Positions 18,666 to 27,514 of a stretch of 64,000 nucleotides of DNA are shown piece by piece. This stretch comes from Acidobacteriota bacterium (GTDB lineage Bacteria > Acidobacteriota > Vicinamibacteria > Vicinamibacterales > UBA2999), in assembly GCA_947503365.1 (NCBI GenBank), contig CANNDT010000010.1, forward strand, positions 5,588-69,587, written 5' to 3'. Each line of letters starts with the position of its first letter. Positions within the stretch are counted from its first letter, which is position 1. The position numbers and the translations under genes were made by a program. The notes below the pieces were generated by a model. It was not told where the DNA came from. It ran no database searches and saw only the letters and a program-made list of their open reading frames with translations.

Positions 18666-19352
18666 TTACCGGAAGGCGTCCAGCGGGAGCTGACCGGTGT
18701 AGATCGCCATGCCGACGACCGCGTCCACGCCTTCGGCGTCCAGCCGCTCGATATCTTCCACCGTGGTGATGCCGCCGGCGGCGGTCACGCGCCGCGTCGT
18801 CGCGCGCCGCACGGCAAGGATGGCGTTCATGTCGGTGCCCTGCATCAGGCCCTCGGTGTCGACGTGGGTGTAGAGGAACTCCGCGCAGTACGGCTCGAGC
18901 GCCTTGACGGCATCGACGGCGGTAATCGGCAGCATGGTCTTCCAGCCATGGATGGCGACGTGGCCGCCGCGGCTGTCGACGGCGGCAATCACGCGATCGA
19001 CGCCAACGGCCTCCGCGAGCGCGCGCGCGAACTCGACGTCCACCGCGCCGTCACGAAAGAGCGAGGAGCTCACGATCACCGCGTGCGCGCCCGCGCCCAG
19101 GACGTCTCGCGCGCGCTCGACGGTTCGAATGCCGCCGCCAACGCGGCAGGGCAGGCGTCCACAGATCGTCGCGACCATGCCGCTGTTGTTGCCGTTACCC
19201 TTGGCGGCATCGAGATCGATGAGCTGGACCCGCGGAAACCGCGAGAACTTCTGAATCCAGGGTTCGGGATCGCTGGCTTCGATTGCCAACTTCTCGCCCT
19301 GGACCAGTTGGACGATGTGGCCGCCTTGAAGGTCGATGGAGGGGATTAGCAT
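18666..19352 (-). CDS. hisA: ProFAR isomerase, His6-like (eukaryote-type) HisA
   Basis: MLIPSIDLQGGHIVQLVQG, VIVSSSLF and EFLYTHVDTEGLMQGTD motifs resemble the His6-type (beta/alpha)8 isomerase. It is the last gene of the his cluster. Confidence 0.78.
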   Translation of the reverse strand: MLIPSIDLQGGHIVQLVQGEKLAIEASDPEPWIQKFSRFPRVQLIDLDAAKGNGNNSGMVATICGRLPCRVGGGIRTVERARDVLGAGAHAVIVSSSLFRDGAVDVEFARALAEAVGVDRVIAAVDSRGGHVAIHGWKTMLPITAVDAVKALEPYCAEFLYTHVDTEGLMQGTDMNAILAVRRATTRRVTAAGGITTVEDIERLDAEGVDAVVGMAIYTGQLPLDAFR

Positions 19353-19378
19353 GTTCTTGCGGGTGTGGAGCGCATCGA

Positions 19379-20134
19379 TTACAGGCGCACGGGGATGCCC
19401 TGGGTATCCAGGTAGCGCTTCAGTTCGCTGACGCGCGTGTCGTCGTAGTGGAAGATCGAGGCGGCGAGCGCGGCATCGGCGCAGCCGCGGGTGAATACCT
19501 CCGCGAAATGCTCGCGCCCTCCGGCACCGCCGGATGCGATCACCGGAATGTTCACGGCGTTACTGACCGCCGCCGTCATCTCGCAATCAAACCCGGCGCG
19601 CGTGCCGTCGCGATCCATCGAGGTGAGCAGGATCTCGCCGGCGCCGCGCGATTCCGCTTCTCGCGCCCACTCGACCGCGTCGCGGGCTGCGTCCGACGTG
19701 CCGCTCCGCACGTACACCGCGAACCCGGCGTCACGCCGCTTTGCGTCGATCGCCACGATCACCGCCTGGCTGCCGTAGCGGCGGGCGAGCGTGGTGATCA
19801 GTTCGGGATTGCGGAGCGCCGCCGTATTCAAGCTGACCTTGTCGGCGCCGGCGTCGACGACCGCTGCGGCATCATCCTCGGACCGGATGCCGCCGCCGAC
19901 CGTGAGCGGCAGAAAGATCTCGTGGGCGACGGCGCTGATCGTCCGCGCGAGCGCCTGGCGCGTTTCGATGGTGGCCGTGATGTCGAGCACGACGACCTCG
20001 TCGATGCCCTCGACGTTGTACCGTCGCGCAAGCTCCGCCGGATCGCCCGCGTGGCGCAGTTGCTGGAACTGCACGCCCTTGACCACCTGGCCGTCGCGCA
20101 CGTCCATGCAGGCGATGATGCGTTTGGTCAGCAC
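19379..20134 (-). CDS. hisF: Imidazole glycerol phosphate synthase, cyclase subunit
   Basis: [23 protein letters not shown]... and 251 aa. The GTG start overlaps the hisH stop. Confidence 0.93.
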   Translation of the reverse strand: MLTKRIIACMDVRDGQVVKGVQFQQLRHAGDPAELARRYNVEGIDEVVVLDITATIETRQALARTISAVAHEIFLPLTVGGGIRSEDDAAAVVDAGADKVSLNTAALRNPELITTLARRYGSQAVIVAIDAKRRDAGFAVYVRSGTSDAARDAVEWAREAESRGAGEILLTSMDRDGTRAGFDCEMTAAVSNAVNIPVIASGGAGGREHFAEVFTRGCADAALAASIFHYDDTRVSELKRYLDTQGIPVRL

Positions 20135-20763
20135 GCCTGGCAGACCGTCAGGAAGTTGCGGAGGATCTGCAAACCCGCATCGCCTGATTTCTCAGGGTGG
20201 AACTGCACCCCGAACACGTGTCCGCGCTCGACCACCGCCGCGAATGATTCGGCATGCGTCGTCGACGCGGTGCAGTCGGCGGTCACCGGCGCGCCGTAGG
20301 AGTGCGTGAAATAGACGTAGGGCTGCGGCGACAGCCCCGCAAGCAACCGGCCCTTTAACGTCTGTGGGGCCCCACAAGCGGGCGGTGCATCGAGCGCATT
20401 CCAGCCGACGTGCGGGATCTTGAGGCGCTGCTCGGCATTCCCGTGAAGCCGCGACACGCGGCCGGGCAGCACGCCGAGGCCGCCGACCTCCGGCGCCTCG
20501 TCGCTCCCCTCGAAGAGCCACTGCATGCCGAGGCAGATCCCAAGAAGCGGTGTACCCGCGGCCACGGCGTTCGCGATCGCCTCGCGCCAGCGCCCTTTGA
20601 GCGCCGCCGTCGCGGCGAAGTTGCCGACGCCGGGGACGATGACCCCGGACGCCTGGGCCAATTCCTCCGGCGATCGCGGCGTCGTGAACTCGGCGCCGAG
20701 CGCGGTCAGCGCCTTCCGCACAGACGTCAGGTTGCCGGCGCCGTAGTCAATCAGCGCAATCAC
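20128..20763 (-). CDS. hisH: Imidazole glycerol phosphate synthase, glutamine amidotransferase subunit
   Basis: GTG at 20763 overlaps the hisB stop (GTGA) and gives [12 protein letters not shown]... GICLGMQ motif with the catalytic Cys. The track start at 20817 is an extension into hisB. Confidence 0.9.
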   Translation of the reverse strand: MIALIDYGAGNLTSVRKALTALGAEFTTPRSPEELAQASGVIVPGVGNFAATAALKGRWREAIANAVAAGTPLLGICLGMQWLFEGSDEAPEVGGLGVLPGRVSRLHGNAEQRLKIPHVGWNALDAPPACGAPQTLKGRLLAGLSPQPYVYFTHSYGAPVTADCTASTTHAESFAAVVERGHVFGVQFHPEKSGDAGLQILRNFLTVCQAC

Positions 20764-21365
20764 AGCAGTCCCTTGGTGCTCGGCAGCATCTTCGCGAGCC
20801 GTGCGTCCCTGGCGCACGCCACGCGGAGGGCGCGCGCAAACGCCTTGAACACCGCTTCAACGTGGTGGTGACTCGACCGTCCGTACAACACCTTGACGTG
20901 CAGGTTGGCGCGCGCGGCGGCGGCGAAGCCGTCGAAGAAGTCGTGAATCAGCTCGCTCTGCAGGTCACCCACGCGCTCGACCTTCAGCTTCAGATCGACG
21001 GTTGCGTGCGGCCGGCCGCTGAGATCGATCGCCGCGACGGCCAGCGTCTCGTCCATCGGCATCAGGAAGTAGCCGGCGCGGTTGATGCCTTTCCGATCGC
21101 CGAGCGCTTCGAGCGTGGCTGCGCCGAGGACGATGCCGACGTCTTCGACCGTGTGATGCTGATCGACATCCAGGTCTCCGGTGGCGCGGAGGGTGAGATC
21201 GAATCCACCGTGGCGCGTGAACAGCTCGAGCATGTGATCGAAGAACCGGATGCCGGTGCTCACCTTGTATTGGCCGGTGCCGTCGATGACCAGCTTTCCG
21301 CGGATTTGTGTCTCCGTGGTCTGCCGGTTGAACGATGCCGCGCGAGCCCCGCTCCCCGCCTTCAT
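20760..21365 (-). CDS. hisB: Imidazoleglycerol-phosphate dehydratase
   Basis: [19 protein letters not shown] and [17 protein letters not shown] motifs. It is monofunctional, with no HisN phosphatase domain. Confidence 0.93.
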   Translation of the reverse strand: MKAGSGARAASFNRQTTETQIRGKLVIDGTGQYKVSTGIRFFDHMLELFTRHGGFDLTLRATGDLDVDQHHTVEDVGIVLGAATLEALGDRKGINRAGYFLMPMDETLAVAAIDLSGRPHATVDLKLKVERVGDLQSELIHDFFDGFAAAARANLHVKVLYGRSSHHHVEAVFKAFARALRVACARDARLAKMLPSTKGLL

Positions 21366-22399
21366 GACCGCCCCGCCATGACCGATTCCAGCGCCTCAAT
21401 CGCCGCATCGGTGTGCTCGAGCATCCCGGTCGTGATTCGGATGCAGCCGGGCGTGGTCGCGTCCTTCGACCGATCCCTGACGTGGACCTTGCGGGCCGCC
21501 AGCGCCTCGATGAACGGCGTCGTCTCGCCAACGCGGACCATGACGAAATTCGCGGCGCTTTCCCAGTACTCGAGTCCGAGCCGCCGGCAGGCAACGTAGA
21601 GCCGCTCGCGCGATTCAGCGACCTGCGCGGCGTAGCGGGGAAGGAAATCCTCGTCCTCGAGCGCTGCCAGCAGGGCCGTCAGCGCCACGCCGTTGATGTT
21701 GAAGGGCAGTGTGACCGCGCGAACGGGATCGAGCGCCTGCGGCTGGCCGATGACGATGCCTACGCGCATCCCGGCGAGGCCGTAGGCCTTCGAGAACGTT
21801 CGGCCGACCAGCACGTTGGGGAACCGGGCGAGCTCCGGCAGAAACGTCGTGCCGCCAAATTCGATGTACGCCTCGTCGATCAGCACGACGGCGTGCGGCG
21901 CGGCCGTGCTGATGTGGATCAGATCCTCGATCGGGATCAACTGGCCGGTCGGATTGTTCGGCGTGTTCAGGAAGATCATCCGCGTCCGCGGCGTGATCGC
22001 CTGAAGCACGGCTTCGGTCTGGAACCGGTATCCAGGCTCGGGCCGCACTTTCACGGCCGTGGCGCCGACAGCCTCCGTCGCGTTCGGATAGGGATCGAAC
22101 GCCGGCAGCGGAATGATCGTTTCGGCGTCGTGCAGACGGCGCCGCGCGATGTGGCCGATCGCCGCCATCAGGATGCCTTCGTCGAGGCCATTGGTGAGCA
22201 GCACCCACTCCGGGTCGACGTTGAAGTGCCGCGCGCACGCCGTGACCGCCTCGCGGTATTGCGGATACGTCGATACGTCGGACGGCTGCACGCGGCGTAT
22301 CGCCTCGAGCACGCGCGGCGAGCAGCCGCCGGTGTTCTCATTGAGGTGCAGGCGAAGGCCGTCGCCAGGACTCGGATATCCCTGAAGGCGTGTAGTCAT
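21362..22399 (-). CDS. hisC: Histidinol-phosphate aminotransferase
   Basis: ATG 22399 overlaps the hisD stop (ATGA). LHLNENTGG and [13 protein letters not shown] (PLP Lys) motifs. Confidence 0.88.
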   Translation of the reverse strand: MTTRLQGYPSPGDGLRLHLNENTGGCSPRVLEAIRRVQPSDVSTYPQYREAVTACARHFNVDPEWVLLTNGLDEGILMAAIGHIARRRLHDAETIIPLPAFDPYPNATEAVGATAVKVRPEPGYRFQTEAVLQAITPRTRMIFLNTPNNPTGQLIPIEDLIHISTAAPHAVVLIDEAYIEFGGTTFLPELARFPNVLVGRTFSKAYGLAGMRVGIVIGQPQALDPVRAVTLPFNINGVALTALLAALEDEDFLPRYAAQVAESRERLYVACRRLGLEYWESAANFVMVRVGETTPFIEALAARKVHVRDRSKDATTPGCIRITTGMLEHTDAAIEALESVMAGRS

Positions 22400-23634
22400 C
22401 TCGTTCGTACCGCGATCGATGCCGCGTGTGCCTGAAGTCCTTCGGCGTGTGCCAGGTCGACGACGGCATCGGCGATGCCGCGCAGTCCGCGCTCGGTCAG
22501 GCGCTGCACCGTAATCTGCCGCACGAAGTCCGCCGCGGAGAGCCCGCCTCGCACGCGCGCGGCGCCCGCCGTCGGCAGCACGTGATTCGATCCAATCGCA
22601 TAGTCGCCCGCGACCTGGGCCGACCACGGCCCCACAAACACCGAGCCCGCGCACCTGACCATCGCCGCCAGCCGCTCGTCGTCCACGACGAGGTGCTCGG
22701 GCGCCGCCGCGTTCGCCAGATCCATCGCCTCTTTCAGCGACGAGGTGACGATGATGCCGCCGTGGGCGCGGAGAGAGTCGCGCGCGGGGCCCGATTCGGG
22801 CATGCGGCGCTCGACCTCGCGCGCGACGCGCGTCGCCAGGGTGCGGCTCGGCGTGATCAGCACGCTTCGCGCATCCGGGTCGTGTTCAGCCTGGGCGATG
22901 AGGTCTGCCGCGATCCACGCGGCGGGGCCGCGGGCGGAGACAATGACGATCTCGGTCGGGCCGGCGTAAAAGTCGATCCCGCAATCGGCGGAGATCAGTG
23001 CTTTGGCCGCGGCGACGTAGCGATTGCCGGGGCCGACGATCTTGTCCACGCGCGGCACCGTGCGCGTGCCGTAGGCGAGCGCGGCGACCGCGTGCGCGCC
23101 GCCGACGCGAAACAGTCGCGACACGCCCGCCTCGAGGGCGGCGGCCATCACCACTGGCTCCGGACGCGGGCAGACCGCCACGATCTCGCGAACGCCCGCC
23201 GCGGCCGCGGGGATCGCGGTCATCAGCAGCGAAGAGGGAAGTGGATATCGGCCGCCGGGCACGTAGCAGCCGACGCGGTCGAGAGGCACGATGCGCTGTT
23301 CGACGGTGACCCCGCTGGCCACGCGCGTGCGCCAGCCGCGCGGCACCTGGCGCTTCGCGACCGCGCGAATGTTCCGTGCGGCAACCCGAATCGCGCGTCG
23401 AACCGGCGCCGGCACCGTCGCGGCGGCGGTGCGCATTTCTTCCGCCGAGATCTCGAGCGGACCGTCCTGGCCATCGAACTTGAGAGCGTAGCGCCGCAAG
23501 GCGGCATCGCCGCCCCGGCGCACGGCCGAGACGATCGCCGCGACCTTCCGTTCGGTGGCCGCGTCGCGCGTCCGCTCGGGCGCGAGCAGCGCTTCTATCG
23601 CCCGCCGATTGGTCGATTCAACGATCCTGAGCAT
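22396..23634 (-). CDS. hisD: Histidinol dehydrogenase
   Basis: 412 aa with GPGNRYVAAAK and AQAEHD motifs. Confidence 0.93.
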   Translation of the reverse strand: MLRIVESTNRRAIEALLAPERTRDAATERKVAAIVSAVRRGGDAALRRYALKFDGQDGPLEISAEEMRTAAATVPAPVRRAIRVAARNIRAVAKRQVPRGWRTRVASGVTVEQRIVPLDRVGCYVPGGRYPLPSSLLMTAIPAAAAGVREIVAVCPRPEPVVMAAALEAGVSRLFRVGGAHAVAALAYGTRTVPRVDKIVGPGNRYVAAAKALISADCGIDFYAGPTEIVIVSARGPAAWIAADLIAQAEHDPDARSVLITPSRTLATRVAREVERRMPESGPARDSLRAHGGIIVTSSLKEAMDLANAAAPEHLVVDDERLAAMVRCAGSVFVGPWSAQVAGDYAIGSNHVLPTAGAARVRGGLSAADFVRQITVQRLTERGLRGIADAVVDLAHAEGLQAHAASIAVRTR

Positions 23635-23637
23635 TGG

Positions 23638-24525
23638 CTACACAACGATCTTGTTCAGCGGGTATTCGACGATGCCCTGTCCACCGGCCGCCTTCACCTT
23701 GGGAATCAGGTCGCGCACGGTGCGCTCCTCGATAATCGTGTTGACCGCGACCCAATCTTCATCGCTCAGTGAGGAGATCGTCGGCCGCTGCAGGGCGGGG
23801 AGCAGGTCGAGAATCTTCTTCAAGTCGGTGCGCCGCACGTTGAGCATGAGGCCGACGCGGCCGTGGGCCTCGATCGCCGCGCGCAGGAGCAGCGCCAGGT
23901 TCTCGATCTTCGTGCGCTTCCAGGAATCGGCGAGCGCCGCGTCGTTGGCGATCAGCTGGGTGTTCGACTCCATGACCGTGTCGAGGATGCGAAGGCGGTT
24001 GGCGCGCAGGCTCGACCCCGTCTCGGTCACCTCGACGATGCCATCGGCCAGCACCGGTGGCTTGACCTCGGTCGCGCCCCACGAGAACTCGACGTTGACG
24101 GGAACCTTCTTGGTTTCGAAGTACGCCTTGGTCACGCGCACGAGCTCCGTGGCAATGGTCGCGTCCTTGAAGTCGGCGGCGGTCTTGTATCGCGAATCCT
24201 CCGGAGCGGCCAGCACCCACCGCACCTTGCCGAAGCTCTGTTTCGCGTAGATCAGGTCAGCGATGCTCGTGAGCTGGTGCTTCGAGCTGCCACCGAGCTT
24301 GTGCTCGGCGATCCAGTCCTGGCCCGTCAGTCCGGCATCGAGTACGCCGTCGCTGACGTAGCGCGCCATTTCCTGCGCCCGGATCAGCATGCACTCGATC
24401 TCGTCATCGTCGATGGTCGGAAAGTAGGAGCGCGAGCTGACGTAGATGTTGAAACCGGCGCGCGCGAAGAGTTGCACCGTCGCGTCCTGGAGCGAACCCT
24501 TGGGGATGCCGAGCTTGAGCTTCAT
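23638..24525 (-). CDS. hisG: ATP phosphoribosyltransferase, long form (with C-terminal regulatory domain)
   Basis: [13 protein letters not shown]... and 295 aa. The start overlaps the hisI stop (ATGA). Confidence 0.9.
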   Translation of the reverse strand: MKLKLGIPKGSLQDATVQLFARAGFNIYVSSRSYFPTIDDDEIECMLIRAQEMARYVSDGVLDAGLTGQDWIAEHKLGGSSKHQLTSIADLIYAKQSFGKVRWVLAAPEDSRYKTAADFKDATIATELVRVTKAYFETKKVPVNVEFSWGATEVKPPVLADGIVEVTETGSSLRANRLRILDTVMESNTQLIANDAALADSWKRTKIENLALLLRAAIEAHGRVGLMLNVRRTDLKKILDLLPALQRPTISSLSDEDWVAVNTIIEERTVRDLIPKVKAAGGQGIVEYPLNKIVV

Positions 24526-24848
24526 GGAATGGTCACGCCTTCCGGGCGCTGATAAAAGCAGGTCCGCTCGCCCGTGTGGCAGACATTGCCATCACCGAGG
24601 CGCTCGGCCTTGACGAGCAGCGTGTCCTCGTCGCAGTCGATGAGCACGTCACGCACCGCGAGCCGGTTGCCCGACGTCTCACCCTTGGTCCAGAGCTTGT
24701 TGCGGGTGCGGCTGAAGAAGGTCACGTAGCCGGTGCTGCGCGTGATTTCCCACGCCTCGGGGTTCATGAAGCCCACCATCAGCACTTCGCCGCTGACGTG
24801 GTCCTGCACGACCGCCGGAATCAAGCCATCAAGTTTTGCAAAATCCAT
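24522..24848 (-). CDS. hisI: Phosphoribosyl-AMP cyclohydrolase (monofunctional, no HisE domain)
   Basis: ATG 24848 gives [16 protein letters not shown]..., with CDEDTLLVK and CHTGERTCF motifs; 108 aa. The track start at 24926 runs through the leader terminator. Confidence 0.88.
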   Translation of the reverse strand: MDFAKLDGLIPAVVQDHVSGEVLMVGFMNPEAWEITRSTGYVTFFSRTRNKLWTKGETSGNRLAVRDVLIDCDEDTLLVKAERLGDGNVCHTGERTCFYQRPEGVTIP

Positions 24849-24891
24849 TTCAGTACTCGCCGTGGGGGCCGGCGGCTGCCGGCCCGTACAA

Positions 24892-24922
24892 CAAAAAACC
24901 CCGCCACTCTTCCGGCGGGGCC
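24892..24922 (-). terminator. Intrinsic terminator of the his leader (attenuator)
   Basis: Minus-strand RNA CCCCGCC-GGAAGAGU-GGCGGGG followed by UUUUUUGUUGU. It lies 33 nt after the leader ORF stop and about 45 nt before the hisI ATG. Confidence 0.65.
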
Positions 24923-24953
24923 GCATGCGTATCGGGGTGTCTGGTCTCTGGTC

Positions 24954-25037
24954 CTAGTCCCTGAGCGCGCGCAGGCCTGCCGGGCGGCTGTGGCCGCCGT
25001 GGTGATGGCGATGCGCGTGATGAAGGACCCTGACCAT
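24954..25037 (-). CDS. hisL: Putative his operon leader peptide (27 aa, His-rich)
   Basis: ATG 25037 to TAG 24954-24956 reads MVRVLHHAHRHHHGGHSRPAGLRALRD. Seven His fall within 11 codons (CAT CAC GCG CAT CGC CAT CAC CAC GGC GGC CAC). There is no clear SD. It is below the ORF-track size cutoff. Confidence 0.55.
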   Translation of the reverse strand: MVRVLHHAHRHHHGGHSRPAGLRALRD

Positions 25038-25140
25038 TGAGCCTACAAGGCTACCTGAAACTTTGGGACTTTCGCAAGGGTAGGTTGCCGGGTGGCGTCG
25101 CGTTCTTGACAGACGCTCCGTGCTGCGTCAACCTCATCCC

Positions 25141-25635
25141 ATGAAATCGACGTTTCACTACGCCATCATTCTTTTCAGCGCGCTGGCGCTCGGAGCGTGC
25201 CGCCAGGCGGACGGTCCGATGCCGACGGCGGACGCGAATACCCAGGGCGAGCTCGAGGACGTCCGGCACGATCTGCAGAACGTCGCGAAACGCGACCCCA
25301 TGGCGGAGCAGGATCTTGCCGACGATATTGGCAAGTACTCCCGCCGACGCACCGCCATCCCCGCGGTCAACGAGCTGACCCGCCGCACCGCCACCGTGCT
25401 CGCCGGCAAGACCGTGAACGAGCAGGCGGGCAACCGCCTGGCGCACAGTCTCTGGACGACGGTCTATGCGCGTGAGTTGAGCGAACGGCAGATTGAGGCG
25501 CTGCAAAACGACGTGCAGTCGATCCTGGTGTCGATTGGAGTCGCGGAACCGCAGGCGCAACAGGTCGCGGCGCAGGTGGGCGAAGTGCAGAGAGCGGTGG
25601 GCGATCGTCCTCGGCGCTGGTACGAATTCTTCTGA
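25141..25635 (+). CDS. Hypothetical lipoprotein
   Basis: ATG 25141 gives MKSTFHYAIILFSALALGAC (lipobox LGAC). TTGACA is at 25106-25111. Confidence 0.6.
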   Translation: MKSTFHYAIILFSALALGACRQADGPMPTADANTQGELEDVRHDLQNVAKRDPMAEQDLADDIGKYSRRRTAIPAVNELTRRTATVLAGKTVNEQAGNRLAHSLWTTVYARELSERQIEALQNDVQSILVSIGVAEPQAQQVAAQVGEVQRAVGDRPRRWYEFF

Positions 25636-25660
25636 AGCCGGCCCGACGGCCGGCCTCAGA
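25631..25660. terminator. GC hairpin between the convergent lipoprotein gene and metK
   Basis: TCTGA-A-GCCGGCC-CGAC-GGCCGGC-C-TCAGA. No U-tract on either side. Confidence 0.35.
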
Positions 25661-25669
25661 AGGTCACGC

Positions 25670-26806
25670 TTACTTGCCGACCGCCGCGGCCTTTTCGACA
25701 GCTTCCCACGGCAGTCCGGGCCGGCCGAAGTGACCGTAGTTGGTCGTGCTGCGGTAAATCGGGCGGAGCAGGTCGAGGTAATCGATGATCGCGCGCGGGC
25801 GGAAGTCGAAGGCGTTCATCACGAATTCCGCGGCGGCTCGCTCGTCGCCGGTGCCGAACGTATCGACCTTCACCGAGACCGGCTTGGCCATGCCGATCGC
25901 GTATCCGACCTGGATTTCAGCTCTCTTCGCCAGCCCTGACGCCACCACCTGCTTGGCCACGTAGCGGCAGTAGTAGGCGCTGCTGCGATCCACCTTCGAC
26001 GGATCCTTGCCGCTGAATGCGCCGCCGCCGTGCCGGCCGGCGCCGCCGTAGCTGTCGACGATGATCTTGCGGCCGGTGACGCCGGCGTCGGCGGACGGGC
26101 CGCCGTGGGTGAAGCTGCCGGTCGGATTGACGAACAGCGTCACGTCCTTCCTCCACCACGAGCCGAGCGTGCGCGGCCCGAGCTCCTCACGGACGTATTC
26201 GGTGATCTGCTTCTGATCCGCTGCCGGCGAGTGCTGCGTCGAGACGACGACCGCGGTGACTTCCTTCGGTTCGTTGCCCTCGTAGAGCACGGAGATCTGC
26301 GACTTGTTGTCGGGGCGCAGCCAGTTGACCTTGTTGCCCTTGCGGTCGTCGGTGAGTCCCTTGGTGAGCTTGTGGGCGAGGAGGATCGGCAGCGGCATGA
26401 GCTCCGGTGATTCGCTGGTGGCGTAGCCGAACATGATGCCCTGGTCGCCGGCGCCCTGATCGCCGCTCTGGCTGGTCGCCTCGGTGACGCCCTGCGAGAT
26501 CTCGTTCGACTGCCTCGTGATCAGCGAGATGACCCTCAGCGTCGTGTCGCAGAACGGCTCGCTCGGATCGGTGTAGCCGATCTCCTTGACCGCCTGGCGG
26601 ACGACCTTCTCGTAATCGAACGTCGCGTTGGTCGTGATCTCGCCGGCGATCACCACCGTGTCGCTCTTGCACAAGGTCTCGCATGCCACGCGGCTCTGCG
26701 GGTCCTGCTCGAAACAGGCGTCGAGGATCGAATCAGAGATGTAATCGCAGACCTTGTCGGGATGTCCCTCGGACACTGATTCTGAGCTGAAGATATAGCG
26801 CGACAT
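25670..26806 (-). CDS. metK: S-adenosylmethionine synthetase
   Basis: MSRYIFSSESVSEGHPDKVCD, GAGDQG and GGGAFSGKD motifs. Confidence 0.96.
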   Translation of the reverse strand: MSRYIFSSESVSEGHPDKVCDYISDSILDACFEQDPQSRVACETLCKSDTVVIAGEITTNATFDYEKVVRQAVKEIGYTDPSEPFCDTTLRVISLITRQSNEISQGVTEATSQSGDQGAGDQGIMFGYATSESPELMPLPILLAHKLTKGLTDDRKGNKVNWLRPDNKSQISVLYEGNEPKEVTAVVVSTQHSPAADQKQITEYVREELGPRTLGSWWRKDVTLFVNPTGSFTHGGPSADAGVTGRKIIVDSYGGAGRHGGGAFSGKDPSKVDRSSAYYCRYVAKQVVASGLAKRAEIQVGYAIGMAKPVSVKVDTFGTGDERAAAEFVMNAFDFRPRAIIDYLDLLRPIYRSTTNYGHFGRPGLPWEAVEKAAAVGK

Positions 26807-26996
26807 GGTGCTCCTAAAAAGAAAAAGGGCCGGCGAATTCGTCGCGGCCCCAGGCTTCGCGACTTAGATAGTATGGGTTGCCGGTACGCAGCCTTCTGCG
26901 AAAAACCAGCGACGCGGCCCATCAAGTCGGTGAAATCGCCGCGCGCCCTGAACACGACAGTATAGAACCCGAACGGTGGGCCTGACAAGGCCCACC
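26807..26996 (-). promoter_or_regulatory. metK promoter, palindrome and structured 5' leader (riboswitch/attenuator candidate)
   Basis: -35 TTGTCA (26988-26983), an 18-nt spacer, and -10 TATACT (26964-26959). The -35 sits in the spacer of the palindrome GGTGGGCC-N6-GGCCCACC (26975-26996). The leader is about 145 nt with several stems and ends in a terminator. Confidence 0.45.
26815..26851 (-). terminator. Intrinsic terminator inside the metK leader, abutting the SD
   Basis: Minus-strand RNA GGGGCCGCGA-CGAAU-UCGCCGGCCC followed by UUUUUCUUUUU, then AGGAG and ATG. Confidence 0.6.
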
Positions 26997-27016
26997 CCAG
27001 GTGACGGAAATCACTG

Positions 27017-27466
27017 ATGGTTTGCCTTGTTCATCACGGCCACGCGATCGGGCCCGAGGTTGATTCGATGCGTCCGCTATCGGACCGCGGACGCGCCGAC
27101 GTCGCGCGACTCGCCGAGGACGCACGCGCGCGGGGGGTCATGCCGGACGTCATCTGGCACAGCAGCAAGCTCCGGGCGCGGCAGACGGCCGAGGCGTTCT
27201 GGCGGGCCTGCAATCCATTCGCGACCTTTGGCGCCACGCGCGGCCTGCTGCCCGAGGACCCGCCATCCTGGATGCGCGACCAGCTCGCCGGCGACCAGCG
27301 ATCGATCCTTGTCGTCGGCCACATGCCGCACCTGCCCGCGCTGCTGCGCCTGCTCTGTGGGGACGCCGCCGACCCTCCGGCGTTCGACTTTCCGCTGCAC
27401 GGGTGCGTCGCACTGGAACCGGACGGAGTATTGGTGTGGAAGGAACTCTGGAGAATAAAACCGTAA
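27017..27466 (+). CDS. sixA: Histidine phosphatase family protein, SixA-like
   Basis: 149 aa with MVCLVHHGHA (HHG where RHG is expected), SSKLRARQTAE and ILVVGHMPHL. Confidence 0.65.
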   Translation: MVCLVHHGHAIGPEVDSMRPLSDRGRADVARLAEDARARGVMPDVIWHSSKLRARQTAEAFWRACNPFATFGATRGLLPEDPPSWMRDQLAGDQRSILVVGHMPHLPALLRLLCGDAADPPAFDFPLHGCVALEPDGVLVWKELWRIKP

Positions 27467-27467
27467 A

Positions 27468-27507
27468 GGTGCGACGGTGCGACGGTGCACCATCGTACCG
27501 TCGCACC
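27468..27507. repeat. Tandem octamers GGTGCGAC x2.9 forming a 10-bp hairpin between convergent genes
   Basis: GGTGCGAC GGTGCGAC GGTGCAC ... CCGTCGCACC. GGTGCGACGG pairs with CCGTCGCACC. Confidence 0.55.
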
Positions 27508-27514
27508 GTTGGTG

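Noticed and set aside
24576-25040. 154-aa plus-strand ORF covering hisI and the his leader.
   Set aside because: It is antisense to the well-supported hisI gene and to the leader and terminator. Its composition is typical of a shadow ORF.
26807-26960. Assigning the metK leader to a specific SAM riboswitch class (SAM-I, SAM-II/V or SAM-IV).
   Set aside because: Only fragments match (CGAUUU, GNCUU...AAG, CCGGCAACC). The SAM-I P1/P2 core (..AUCnAGAG..GGAGGGA..GGCCC..AUGA..) is absent, and the SAM-II-like pseudoknot partners are too far apart. A class call needs a covariance-model search.
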